The position numbers were made by a program, and so were the translations under genes. A stretch of 64,000 bases of DNA, taken from positions 9,000 to 72,999 of the IMG/VR virus record IMGVR_UViG_3300001531_000060. One strand, given 5' to 3'. Of this stretch, positions 9,620 through 19,652 are shown piece by piece. Under the pieces are notes generated by a model that made no database searches, had not been told where the DNA came from, and worked only from the letters and a program-made list of their open reading frames with translations. Position 1 is the first letter of the stretch; every line of letters begins with the position of its first letter. The stretch is from a virus. Lineage: Duplodnaviria; Caudoviricetes.

Positions 9620-10226
9620 TTATATACTCGGTTTTGATAATGGAACCACCGCACATTTTACATTAGTTGATATTACCGGTAAATTACTTGCATTTGAGAA
9701 TGTACCTACATATCAACAAGTAAGTTGGAGTAAACCTACAAAGAGAAAATATAAAACGAAGAATGGCTACGTAACAAAACCATATCAGGCACATTTTACA
9801 TTTATAGATATTGATAAACTAAAGTCCAGACTTTCCGACTTAATTTCAGATTCAAAAGAAGTAATCTGTTATTTAGAAAGACCTGCAGTTAATTATCATG
9901 CAGGATGGGCAATGCAAAGTTCATTATCTGCTTTCGGTGCTTGGCTATCTGTATTATATGTATTAAATTCTTTAGGTATTAAATATGAGATGATTGATTC
10001 AAAACAATGGCAGAACGGAATGATACCGGAAGCTACCGGAAAGAATAATAAAGAATATGTAAGAAGTTTAGAGAAAGGCGAGAGAAATAAACTTCTTAAA
10101 AAAGCCGCAGATAAATTGGCAAAAGAATTGTATCCTTCAATTAAATTGCCTCGTGAAGGTGATGGTGATTCAATATGTATATCTGAATATTATCGAAGAG
10201 TGCAATTAAAAAATAAGTGTATTTAA
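9609..10226 (+). CDS. RuvC-like Holliday junction resolvase
   Basis: ILGFDNG, YLERP and GDGDSICI acidic motifs of the RNase H/RuvC fold. Confidence 0.75.
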   Translation: MSYNYILGFDNGTTAHFTLVDITGKLLAFENVPTYQQVSWSKPTKRKYKTKNGYVTKPYQAHFTFIDIDKLKSRLSDLISDSKEVICYLERPAVNYHAGWAMQSSLSAFGAWLSVLYVLNSLGIKYEMIDSKQWQNGMIPEATGKNNKEYVRSLEKGERNKLLKKAADKLAKELYPSIKLPREGDGDSICISEYYRRVQLKNKCI

Positions 10227-10240
10227 CAAAGGTAATTTAT

Positions 10241-11080
10241 ATGAAATTATTTAGTAATTATGTTAGATCACATAAAAGATGCGAATTAAAAATTTTAGCA
10301 AAGTATTACTTAACACAAGAAGTTAAAGATGTTCTAAGTAAATATAATTTAACTTTGTATGAACTTTGTTATAGGATAAAGTATAATATTTCTTTAGATA
10401 AAATATTTGTATGTAAATATTGTGGTAAACCTACGCATTTTTTAGGTATGAAGGGTTACTCTAAAGCATGTAGTGTTAAGTGTGAATTAGTTAATAGAAA
10501 TAAGTCTCAAGAACATAAAGATAAAAAGAAACAAACTTGTTTAAAAAGATTTGGTGAAAGTAATTATGCAAAGACTCAAAAGTTTAAGGAGTTTATAAAA
10601 GATCATATTAATGAAATACAAGTGAAGTCTTATAACACAAAAAAGAAGAATAATTCATTTCATACTTCAAAAGATGAAAATGAAGCATATGATTTACTTT
10701 TAACTAAATTTACTAAAGATGATATTATTAGGCAATATAAATCAGAAGTCTATCCCTTCGTCTGCGATTTTTATATTAAATCTCTAGACTTATATATAGA
10801 GTATAATGGGACTTGGACTCACGGCTATGATATAAATGGTAAATGTTTAGGTAGTTTTGATGAAAATAATTTAGAACATATTAAGTTATTAGAATTTTGG
10901 GAGAATAAATCTAAAGAAGTAAATTTTAAAAAGAAAGTTAAAACATATTATAAAAATGCAATTTATACCTGGACTGTATTAGATGTTAAGAAATTAGAAA
11001 CGTTTAGAAAGAATAACTTAAATTATAAAATATTTTGGAATTTAGAAGAAGTTAAAAATTGGATAGATAATCTTGTATAA
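10241..11080 (+). mobile_element. Free-standing PD-(D/E)XK homing-type endonuclease with Zn ribbon
   Basis: CKYCGK...CSVKC and CDFYIKSLDLYIEYNGTWTHG; flanked by a diverged 23-bp duplication; paralog of 28599-29549; likely ATG at 10241. Confidence 0.75.
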
Positions 11081-11104
11081 ATTAAAAAATAAAGGTAATT
11101 AAAA

Positions 11105-11362
11105 ATGAGAAAAACTAAAAATATATGGTCAGTTAAATGTACAGCTACAGATCAAGATTTTGCAATAACAAAATATACAGATAATATAGTTTTAAATTTA
11201 AGAACCTTAGAAGTCAATGTAATTGTTTTAGCAGATAAAAAAGATTATGACTTGATTTTAAATGAAAAATATTATAAAATAATAGATACTTTCGATGTTT
11301 TTGATCTTAAAGTATTGTCAAAACTATTCGAAGGTAGAAGTATAAAATTTAAAAGGAAATAA
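11105..11362 (+). CDS. Hypothetical protein
   Basis: ORF with AAAGGT RBS. Confidence 0.55.
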   Translation: MRKTKNIWSVKCTATDQDFAITKYTDNIVLNLRTLEVNVIVLADKKDYDLILNEKYYKIIDTFDVFDLKVLSKLFEGRSIKFKRK

Positions 11363-11372
11363 GGAAACTAAA

Positions 11373-11699
11373 ATGAAACAGAAAAAAGAAACAGGATTTA
11401 GAAAGTATGATCAAGGCAAACTTCGTTATGATTTGATGCCTGCAAAAGTTTTAGAGCAAGTAGTAGATGTATTAACTTATGGAGCAAATAAATATACAAC
11501 AAAAGATTCAGATGGTTCAAATAACTGGCATAAATGTCCAGATCCAAATAACAGATATTATGCCGCAGCTATGCGACATATACAAGCCTGGAGACAAGGA
11601 GAAATATTAGATAAAGAAAGTGGTAAGCCTCACCTAGCACATGCTATATGTTGCTTGACTTTTATTTTAGAATTTGCTAATATGCAAAACCATAAATAA
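11373..11699 (+). CDS. dATP/dGTP diphosphohydrolase-domain protein (DUF5664-like)
   Basis: KYDQGKLRYDL, YGANKY, NW.K, RYYAAAMRH, DKESGKPHLAHA signature. Confidence 0.85.
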   Translation: MKQKKETGFRKYDQGKLRYDLMPAKVLEQVVDVLTYGANKYTTKDSDGSNNWHKCPDPNNRYYAAAMRHIQAWRQGEILDKESGKPHLAHAICCLTFILEFANMQNHK

Positions 11700-11712
11700 G
11701 TGAGGTGATTCA

Positions 11713-12402
11713 ATGGAACTATATACACCGAAAGATATACAGGAATTAAAGATATTACAAGATAAGGTTATGAATTGTCCTAAATGTGGAGGTTCAGATT
11801 ATACTTGTGAGTGTGTTAAAGATTATAAATTTTTACACGGTATGATTATGTCTGCGATTCCATCCAAATATAGATATGCAGATATAAATAATATTCAAGT
11901 TGCTACATTAAAAGATAGTTTAAAAGCAATAAAAAATTATGTTAAGAATTTAAAAGAAAATAAAGAAGCAGGACTTGGCTTATATCTTTACGGTACAACC
12001 GGTACAGGTAAAAGTTATGTAGCTTGTTACGTATTAGAACAAGCATTACAGAAAGGTTATAGCGCATTTTTCTGTACAGTAGAACAATATAAGCGTGCTT
12101 TATTTGATAAGGATTCGGATTACATTTATAATGTAAACGAATCTGACTTTACTTTAATAGACGATTATGGTAGAGAGTTTTCAGATACAAAAGGTTTTAT
12201 AGATTCACAAGTAGATGAAATGCTTCGCTATAGATATGATAGAAATAAATCTACAATTATTACAAGTAATATACTTTCTAAAGATATAGAAAACTTAAGA
12301 ATAAAATCAATATTGTATGATGCTTATATTAAGTTACCGTTTGAAAGTGTTGACTATCGTAAATCATTAGGAGGTCTTAATGCCAAAAAAAGTATTAGGT
12401 AA
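11713..12402 (+). CDS. DnaC/IstB-like helicase loader ATPase
   Basis: CPKC..CEC Zn motif; Walker A GTTGTGKS; Walker B LIDD; TIITSN. Confidence 0.85.
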   Translation: MELYTPKDIQELKILQDKVMNCPKCGGSDYTCECVKDYKFLHGMIMSAIPSKYRYADINNIQVATLKDSLKAIKNYVKNLKENKEAGLGLYLYGTTGTGKSYVACYVLEQALQKGYSAFFCTVEQYKRALFDKDSDYIYNVNESDFTLIDDYGREFSDTKGFIDSQVDEMLRYRYDRNKSTIITSNILSKDIENLRIKSILYDAYIKLPFESVDYRKSLGGLNAKKSIR

Positions 12403-12676
12403 ACATCCGACAACAAAGAAACCTTTATATAAAAAAGATGTAGATGACTTAACTAACAACACTCTTAAAATAAAGAAAGAGTTAATTAAGCGATATAAAA
12501 ATGTTCCACCGGTAACATTATTACATTTAGCAATTGCTATATGTTTGAAGTATCCAATATATATTACAGAGTCACCGGATTTAAATGATGACAAAGCTTA
12601 TATAAAAAAGAAATATAAAATACAAGTTGGTCATATGTATGAGTTTTCAAATATTAATGAAGGAGTAATATTGTAA
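12380..12676 (+). CDS. Hypothetical protein
   Basis: ORF between loader and helicase. Confidence 0.5.
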   Translation: MPKKVLGKHPTTKKPLYKKDVDDLTNNTLKIKKELIKRYKNVPPVTLLHLAIAICLKYPIYITESPDLNDDKAYIKKKYKIQVGHMYEFSNINEGVIL

Positions 12677-12677
12677 C

Positions 12678-14003
12678 ATGGATTTAAATTTAGAATTCAC
12701 AAGTCATATATTTAAAAATAAAGAAGATCTTTTATCTATACTTAGTAAACCTTTTGATTTTAATTGTATAGATTTCGTAACTCCAGGATTTTCAGCATCA
12801 AGATCAGCTTGTTATTGTATTATAAATTTTTATAAAACATATAATGAATTATTAACATTATCTCAAGCAGAAACATTTGTAACAAATATTTGTTCAAATC
12901 CAGAACAGATTGTACCTATATTACAATATTTAAAACAAGCAAATGATTATGTACCTACTACAAACTTTACATTTTTATTAGATACAATTAGAAAAGAATA
13001 TAGTTTGTATATAATAAAGAATTCTTTATTAGATGTAACAAACTCTCTAGACTCAGCAGATTTAGACTCTATAGTTTCTAAGATGCAGAAAGGTTTAAAT
13101 AAAGTTAATTCTCTCGAGAATACTGAAGTTGTTGAAGGAGATTTAGCATTAAGTTTAGACGAGTTTTACGATAAGTATAAAAAAGTACAACAAGGTGAAA
13201 TGTCTGTTGGGTTACAAACAGGATTTCCTACATTTGATAAATCTACAGGTGGATTGAAAGCAGGTGAACTTGATATTGTTATTGCAGGTTCTAATGAAGG
13301 TAAATCAGTTTTCTTAATTAATGTGGCAAAACATTTATATTTACAAGGAAAGAATATTTTATATTTTTCAATTGAGTTACCTAAAGATCAAATTATTCGT
13401 AGATTTATTTCCTTAGCAGCAAATATAAATATTGATAGATTTAGAGATGGAATACTAACTCCGGATGAGAATACACGATTTATAAATACGATGCAAGAAT
13501 TTAAACAGAGAGAAAATATATTTTATATTGTAGACAATCCTACTTGTAATGCTGATACAATTGCAGCTAAGTATGAAGAAATTTCAGCGAAACATAAAAT
13601 AGATTTAATTCTAATAGATTATTTAGGTATTATGCGTCCTAAAAAATCAACAGGGCAGAAATGGGAAGAGCTTGGTAATATCGCTTTAGATGTAAGACAT
13701 TTAGCAAGAACATTTAAAATACCTGTACTTACTGCTATGCAGGTTAAATCAGAAGCAGTAAAGAATTCAAAGAATCCGGTTTATAATATGACAGATATTG
13801 CCAATTCATTTATGGTTATACATCATGCTGATACAGTATTAGCTTTAAAACTCAAAGATCCAGTCTCTGCAATGCAAGGACTTTCTATCGTAGAGATGAC
13901 TGCTTCAACTCCGAAAGTTAGAGATGGACAGAAATGTCAGTTTGATATAACGGCGATGTTTGCAAATATGTGTATGAAGGAGCCTGTAAATGCAACTTTC
14001 TAG
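12678..14003 (+). CDS. dnaB: DnaB-like replicative helicase
   Basis: TGFPTFD...GGLKAGEL, Walker A AGSNEGKS, ILIDYLG, AMQ, ADTVLAL. Confidence 0.92.
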   Translation: MDLNLEFTSHIFKNKEDLLSILSKPFDFNCIDFVTPGFSASRSACYCIINFYKTYNELLTLSQAETFVTNICSNPEQIVPILQYLKQANDYVPTTNFTFLLDTIRKEYSLYIIKNSLLDVTNSLDSADLDSIVSKMQKGLNKVNSLENTEVVEGDLALSLDEFYDKYKKVQQGEMSVGLQTGFPTFDKSTGGLKAGELDIVIAGSNEGKSVFLINVAKHLYLQGKNILYFSIELPKDQIIRRFISLAANINIDRFRDGILTPDENTRFINTMQEFKQRENIFYIVDNPTCNADTIAAKYEEISAKHKIDLILIDYLGIMRPKKSTGQKWEELGNIALDVRHLARTFKIPVLTAMQVKSEAVKNSKNPVYNMTDIANSFMVIHHADTVLALKLKDPVSAMQGLSIVEMTASTPKVRDGQKCQFDITAMFANMCMKEPVNATF

Positions 14004-14505
14004 TTTACCACAATTAGATATTGTTTCAATTTTTAAACATTATAACTTTGACTTAAAAGAGTCTGGTGATAGATATGTTTGCTTATGTCCGTTTCATAAT
14101 GATCGTAATACGCCGAACCTTACAATATATCCGAAAACAAATTCCTTCTATTGTTTTACTTGTAAGAAGTCCGGTGATGCTTTAACACTTATTTCTTTTA
14201 TGGAAAATAAACCGATTCATGTAATTAAACAAGAATTAGGTACAACATTTTTAAAATATAAATTGACTTCTCAGTATAAGAAACCAGTAGATTTTTTTCA
14301 AAGTTTATTGAAGGATAGTTCCGAACTATTTTATAATTATATTAGAGCATATCCAAATAATATACAACATTATACGTGGTGTATGCAACAGTTTGATATG
14401 TATTTAGAAGAACTTATAACTAATAAGATTGAAATTGATTTTACAAAGTATACACAAATACTTGACAATTTAAAAAAGATATTATATAATTTAGAAATTA
14501 AATAA
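13990..14505 (+). CDS. Stand-alone CHC2 zinc-finger domain of DnaG primase
   Basis: CLCPFHND.TP...FYCFTC.KSGD; no TOPRIM domain in this ORF. Confidence 0.85.
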   Translation: MQLSSLPQLDIVSIFKHYNFDLKESGDRYVCLCPFHNDRNTPNLTIYPKTNSFYCFTCKKSGDALTLISFMENKPIHVIKQELGTTFLKYKLTSQYKKPVDFFQSLLKDSSELFYNYIRAYPNNIQHYTWCMQQFDMYLEELITNKIEIDFTKYTQILDNLKKILYNLEIK

Positions 14506-14521
14506 GTAACAGGAGAAACAA

Positions 14522-14722
14522 ATGAAACAAGTAACAGTAACAAAAGGTTATTCTCAAACGATCTCGCAAGATTATAATTCGTACAAGTTCAGCGTATCAT
14601 TAACAGAAACGTTTGAAGTAGCAAATGGTGAGGAGTTAAATCAGAAGTCTGCAGAGTTATTTCAAAAATGTATTAATATGGTAAATGCAGACATAGCAAA
14701 TGTATTCGGAGGTAGAAAATAA
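14522..14722 (+). CDS. Hypothetical protein
   Basis: ORF with AGGAG RBS. Confidence 0.55.
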   Translation: MKQVTVTKGYSQTISQDYNSYKFSVSLTETFEVANGEELNQKSAELFQKCINMVNADIANVFGGRK

Positions 14723-15249
14723 TGCAATTAGAAAACGCAGAATTATTATCTTATACAGATTGTGAGCAGTATATTACTGAAGCAAAAGGTTTACGTGATG
14801 CAGTTAAGCTAGTTGAAGATCCTATTGCTGAATTAGGATTTAATGGAATAAATAAACAGTTGTCAAAAATTCAAGCATCAAAAGAAAGGATGACAGATAT
14901 ATTATTACATGCATTAAAAAATAAATCTAATGCGCAAAGATTGGCAAATAATTCTAAAGCAAGTTATGGTGCTGAGTATGCTATCTTAATGAGTTCTGAT
15001 CCGGAGGTTTTAGCACAGACATCTAAAGAAAAAAGAGAAGCTGCAGCAGCAGTTAAACTTAAAGAACAATATACAGAATTGCAAATAGCTGAAGATAATT
15101 TATCACAAGCAAATTTATTTAATCAAGTTATATCTACGATTGCAAAAGATTTAGAGAATAAACAAGATTTACTTGAGAAGCAAATCGATTTAATAAAGAT
15201 GTCTATGGTTGTACATCCAGATGTACGTGAACGTATGTCTACTAATTAA
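14722..15249 (+). CDS. Coiled-coil protein, possibly a UvsY-like recombination mediator
   Basis: All-helical; position before the SSB-like gene and recA. Confidence 0.4.
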   Translation: MQLENAELLSYTDCEQYITEAKGLRDAVKLVEDPIAELGFNGINKQLSKIQASKERMTDILLHALKNKSNAQRLANNSKASYGAEYAILMSSDPEVLAQTSKEKREAAAAVKLKEQYTELQIAEDNLSQANLFNQVISTIAKDLENKQDLLEKQIDLIKMSMVVHPDVRERMSTN

Positions 15250-15311
15250 GAGAAAATCTGTGAGGACCTCACAGATAATATATAATATTTTTGAACATAG
15301 GAGAGTAAAAA

Positions 15312-15995
15312 ATGATTTTAACAAGACAAGAAGCAAAGGATTACAGTAACGAACCAAGACCAGATTTGAATTATGTAGAGGATGGAATTTATCCTGCATC
15401 ATTCGTAAAATGCACAGAAGAACAAGGACAGTATGGGCCACAAATTAAATGGTTGTTTACATTGGATGAAGTAAACAAAATTAAGATTTTCGTAAGTTTA
15501 TTTACTTCTACATCATGGGCACCAGGAAATAAACTTGATGGCTTACTTGTATCATTAGGTATTGATACTACAAATAATTTTGATTTATCAACATTCAATA
15601 CTGATATGATAAAAGGTGGAACAAAAATTCTTTTGATGGTTTCAAAAAAGAAAAGTCAGAAGGGAAATATATATTTGAAGGTTGATAAATATTTACCTTA
15701 TTCACCTAATGCAAGAGGAGCAGAACCATTGATGTTCCCACAAGAACATATGATTATGCCAGAACCTCAACAACAGCCGCAACAGTTTCAGCAACAGCAA
15801 CCACCATTGAAAGTTAATTATCAAACAATTAAACCAATTAACAATCAACCTAATGGTATGTACCAACAATTTCAACAACAGCCATACACTACACCTGCAC
15901 CAAATGTTGGTCAGAGAGTAACAAATCCAGGTAATCAACAAGGTTTTGTTAACGCACCACAAATCAAAAAAGTAGATTTCAACAGTAACCTTTAA
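15312..15995 (+). CDS. Putative ssDNA-binding protein (OB-like N-terminus, Q/P/N-rich tail)
   Basis: DGIYPASFVK..E..GQYGPQIKW.F N-terminal region; low-complexity tail; adjacent to recA. Confidence 0.55.
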   Translation: MILTRQEAKDYSNEPRPDLNYVEDGIYPASFVKCTEEQGQYGPQIKWLFTLDEVNKIKIFVSLFTSTSWAPGNKLDGLLVSLGIDTTNNFDLSTFNTDMIKGGTKILLMVSKKKSQKGNIYLKVDKYLPYSPNARGAEPLMFPQEHMIMPEPQQQPQQFQQQQPPLKVNYQTIKPINNQPNGMYQQFQQQPYTTPAPNVGQRVTNPGNQQGFVNAPQIKKVDFNSNL

Positions 15996-16006
15996 TACTA
16001 AATTAT

Positions 16007-16036
16007 ATACACCCTTGTTGAATTACAAGGGTGTAT
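16007..16036 (+). terminator. Hairpin (12-bp stem); terminator or processing site
   Basis: ATACACCCTTGT-TGAATT-ACAAGGGTGTAT; U-tract is weak. Confidence 0.5.
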
Positions 16037-16056
16037 TATCTTAAGAGGTAAATACA

Positions 16057-17082
16057 ATGACAGAATTAAATGATAAATTGAAAAAATTAAAAGATTTAGG
16101 TATAAGTTTTTCTATGGGAAATGACCAAGTAGAAATTGAAAGAATACCTTCTGGTTCAATTGGACTTGATCGTATACTTGGTGGTGGTTATCCTAGAGGT
16201 AGAATGATAGAATTTTACGGAGATTTTTCTAGTGGTAAATCTTTGATGGCATATCTTGCAATTAAAGAAGCACAAAAGCGAGGACTAACAACTGCATTAG
16301 TAGATGCAGAAAATTCCTATACTCAAGACTGGGCTATTAATTTAGGTATTGATCCAGAAAGATTATATGTAATTAGTGCACAAAATGAAAAGGGTGCTCC
16401 AAGATCTGGTGAGTCTTTATTAGAAGACGTAAGTAAATTAATTGAAGCTGAAATAGATTTAATTGTAGTTGATTCTGTATCTGCATTAACTCCTCAAATT
16501 GCTTTAGAGAAAGCTTTAGATGAAAGTACTGCTATGGCAGAACATGCTAGAATGTTATCTAAATGTTTACAGAAAGTTAATGCATATTTAGGAGCACATA
16601 ATAAAACATCTTTAATATTCATCAACCAGCAACGTTCTAATCCAAATGTTATGTTTGGTAATCCTAATAAATCAACTGGTGGTAAAGCATTGGAGTTTTA
16701 TGATGCAATAAAGATGCTTGTATTTAAACGTACAGGTTCCGAGTTTACTTATTATAAGGATGAAAAGAATAAAGATGAAGGATTGGTAGGACAGAGAATT
16801 AAAATAACAACAGAAAAGAATAAACTTTTTAGACCTAAAATGTCTTGTGAGTTTGATGTATTCTTTGATATCGGACCTAGAAATTTGAGTGTAGGTGTAG
16901 ATACTGTTGGAGAATTATTAACTGAATGTCTTAAAGCAGATATTATTACAAGACCAAATAACGTAACATATACGTATAAAGATCAAAACTTTAAAGGTCA
17001 AATGGCTATAATGAAAGCAATTAAAGAAGATATGAAATTACAACAAGAATTGTTTGAGGCGTTAGGTAATGTATCTAACTAA
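16057..17082 (+). CDS. recA: RecA recombinase
   Basis: IPSGSIGLDRILGGGYPRGR, GDFSSGKS, IVVDSVSAL, FINQQR, TGGKALEFY. Confidence 0.97.
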   Translation: MTELNDKLKKLKDLGISFSMGNDQVEIERIPSGSIGLDRILGGGYPRGRMIEFYGDFSSGKSLMAYLAIKEAQKRGLTTALVDAENSYTQDWAINLGIDPERLYVISAQNEKGAPRSGESLLEDVSKLIEAEIDLIVVDSVSALTPQIALEKALDESTAMAEHARMLSKCLQKVNAYLGAHNKTSLIFINQQRSNPNVMFGNPNKSTGGKALEFYDAIKMLVFKRTGSEFTYYKDEKNKDEGLVGQRIKITTEKNKLFRPKMSCEFDVFFDIGPRNLSVGVDTVGELLTECLKADIITRPNNVTYTYKDQNFKGQMAIMKAIKEDMKLQQELFEALGNVSN

Positions 17083-18133
17083 GATAGAATTAGAAAATTT
17101 TCAATCACACAAATCCACCGCTATTAATTTAGATGGTGGATTTGTATGTATTGCAGGTAGAACAAGATCTGGTAAGAGTTCTGTTTTACGTGCATTAAAT
17201 TTTTTATTCAATGATGTTTGGTCAGACTCTTTTATTAGAACTGGTGAGAAGTCAGTTAAAGTTGCTGTAACTTTAGATAATGGAATTAAAGTTGTTAGAG
17301 AAAAAGGAAACGGATTAAATAAGATTACAGTTATAAATTCAGATGGAATATCTAAAGAGTTTACTAATTTTGGTATACAAGCTCCTGTAGAAATAAAACA
17401 TATATTAGGAGTGTCACCATTAGTAATAGATTCTGATTATTCAGAGAATATAAATATTCATATGCAAGATGATCCTCATTTCTTATTAACGAAGTCTGCA
17501 CCTATGAAAACAAAGTTTATAAATAGATTAACACAGTTGCATATTGTTGACGCTGTTAATCGTGAATTAACTAAAGAGATGCAGGATAATAAACAATCAT
17601 TAGAAGGATTAGAAAAATCAATTATAGAGTTAAGAGAAGTTTTAAAACAGTATGATAATTTGGAATCACATAAAAATTTTATATTACAATTACAAGAGAA
17701 ACTAAATGATTTATTAAAAGCATTTGAGACAATAAATTTAAAGTATGTTAATTTATTTAAACTAGCTACGAAGATGGCATCATATTTAAAATTAAAATTG
17801 TTTTATGAAAAGCGTGAGAAATTAATTAAGAAAACAATTGCACTGAAAGGAATAGTTGTTGACTACAATCGTATAAACAATATTTTATTATTATATGCAA
17901 AACGTTTATATTTAAATAGATTAATTACTCTGCAGGAGAATACTTTAAATGTATACAACGAATTGTTGCAATATTATAAAAATTATGGTATAATACAAAG
18001 ATTAGAAAATTTACAACAGGATTTAAAGAATAAAGAGTTAGAACTTAAAGATCAAGAAGAATTTATAAAGTTAGGTAAGCAGGTAACAAAAGTTTGTCCG
18101 ACATGTAAAAGACCTTTATGGGAGAAAAAATAA
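17069..18133 (+). CDS. SbcC/Rad50 N-terminal half (Walker A, coiled coil, Zn hook)
   Basis: IELENFQSH, GRTRSGKSS, Q-loop region; ends with CPTC. Confidence 0.85.
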   Translation: MYLTKIELENFQSHKSTAINLDGGFVCIAGRTRSGKSSVLRALNFLFNDVWSDSFIRTGEKSVKVAVTLDNGIKVVREKGNGLNKITVINSDGISKEFTNFGIQAPVEIKHILGVSPLVIDSDYSENINIHMQDDPHFLLTKSAPMKTKFINRLTQLHIVDAVNRELTKEMQDNKQSLEGLEKSIIELREVLKQYDNLESHKNFILQLQEKLNDLLKAFETINLKYVNLFKLATKMASYLKLKLFYEKREKLIKKTIALKGIVVDYNRINNILLLYAKRLYLNRLITLQENTLNVYNELLQYYKNYGIIQRLENLQQDLKNKELELKDQEEFIKLGKQVTKVCPTCKRPLWEKK

Positions 18134-18282
18134 TGGCAGGTATATTATTGTTATTATTAGTTGTCTGTGTTTTAGGACAGAAACCTAAAAATAATTATAA
18201 TGATGAATCTAATGAAAATAATGTAGTAGATATTAAGAAAATAGAGTCATCAATAAATCTTGAGAATTTATTTGAGGATTAA
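18133..18282 (+). CDS. Small membrane-anchored protein (49 aa)
   Basis: Hand-translated MAGILLLLLVVCVLGQKPK...ENLFED; start overlaps the upstream stop; absent from the ORF track. Confidence 0.5.
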   Translation: MAGILLLLLVVCVLGQKPKNNYNDESNENNVVDIKKIESSINLENLFED

Positions 18283-18285
18283 TTT

Positions 18286-19206
18286 ATGAGTAAGTTTATA
18301 TTTACTACAGATTGGCATATATGTTTTCATCAACCTAGTTGTAGGGTTGATAATATAACAGAAACTCAACTGAATAAGTTGAGTTCTTTAGTTAATATAT
18401 GTAATCAAGAGTTACCAGATTTTATTATTCATGGTGGAGATTTATTTGATGCTCCTAGATCTGCAGATCCATCAATACTTAATAATGTAATATCTATATT
18501 AAAGAACTTAAAATCGCCGTTCTTTTATGTTCCAGGCTCACATGATATTTATGGATATAATTTAGATTCTTATAAACAATCTTTTATTGGAACTTTAGAA
18601 GCTTCTGGCTGTATAAAGGTTTTGCATGATAAAGCTATATATAAATTTCCTTCAGACTTACTTTTAGGAGTTATGCCTTGTCAGTTGTCTAATAAAGTAG
18701 AAGACTATTTAGGATTTAAAGATTGTGATTTAATTGTTACACATAATTCTATTTCAGATATAAGTTTACCTTATGATCATATACTTATAAAAGATTTAGC
18801 ACAATACTTTAATGGTAAAATATTTTTGTGTGGACATATACATAAACCATTTTATATTATGGAAAACAATAATTTATTTGTGAATACAGGACCATTAATA
18901 AGAACATCAATTACAGAGAAAGATATTAAACCACATGTAGCAGTATTTAATAAAGTAAATACAAAGCTAGATTACAAAGATATTTTTATACCTGTATTAG
19001 ATAATATATTTGTTAATAAGAATATAACAACAGAAAGTAAAGAAGTCACTATGACATTTAATGATGCATTAAAAGATACGGATTTAGTTTTTAATGATAT
19101 ATATGAGGTATTAGATCATATAGTAAAACAATTAAATGTAGATCCGAAGTACGCAGAGAAACTGAAATTGCGTTTAGAAACTGTAACAAAGAAATTGACT
19201 AAGTAA
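18286..19206 (+). CDS. SbcD/Mre11 nuclease
   Basis: TDWH, GGDLFD, GSHD, THN, GHIH. Confidence 0.88.
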   Translation: MSKFIFTTDWHICFHQPSCRVDNITETQLNKLSSLVNICNQELPDFIIHGGDLFDAPRSADPSILNNVISILKNLKSPFFYVPGSHDIYGYNLDSYKQSFIGTLEASGCIKVLHDKAIYKFPSDLLLGVMPCQLSNKVEDYLGFKDCDLIVTHNSISDISLPYDHILIKDLAQYFNGKIFLCGHIHKPFYIMENNNLFVNTGPLIRTSITEKDIKPHVAVFNKVNTKLDYKDIFIPVLDNIFVNKNITTESKEVTMTFNDALKDTDLVFNDIYEVLDHIVKQLNVDPKYAEKLKLRLETVTKKLTK

Positions 19207-19217
19207 GAGAGGATAAT

Positions 19218-19652
19218 ATGGCACATAGTTCATCTACTAGAGAAGGTCGTGAATTTGGAGCAACATTAGAGAAGTTTGAAGAAACACAACAGAAGATGCA
19301 ATTAGATAAACAAATAGATGCTAGACTAAATGAAATAAAGAATATGTCACATGAGCAGATTGTTGAACGTATAACAAAGTTGACATCTGAAAGTTATGCA
19401 ACTAAGGCTCAGTTACAACAACTTGAGGCTGAGATAAAAGAGTGTGAAAAGGATTTAAATATTGAAGCTACTCCGGAGAATATAGTAGCTTATAAAAAAC
19501 GTTTAGATACATCAATGAGAACAGCGTTATCTAATTTAGCACAATTTGAAGAAATGCTATTAGAAGAAACAAAAGATATGCATGATGATGCTAGACGTAA
19601 ATGGTTGGAAGATATTATTAATGAGGCACAAACAAATGCAAATACAAAATAA
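19218..19652 (+). CDS. Coiled-coil protein, possible SbcC middle segment
   Basis: Heptad-rich; located between SbcD and the SbcC C-terminal half. Confidence 0.45.
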   Translation: MAHSSSTREGREFGATLEKFEETQQKMQLDKQIDARLNEIKNMSHEQIVERITKLTSESYATKAQLQQLEAEIKECEKDLNIEATPENIVAYKKRLDTSMRTALSNLAQFEEMLLEETKDMHDDARRKWLEDIINEAQTNANTK

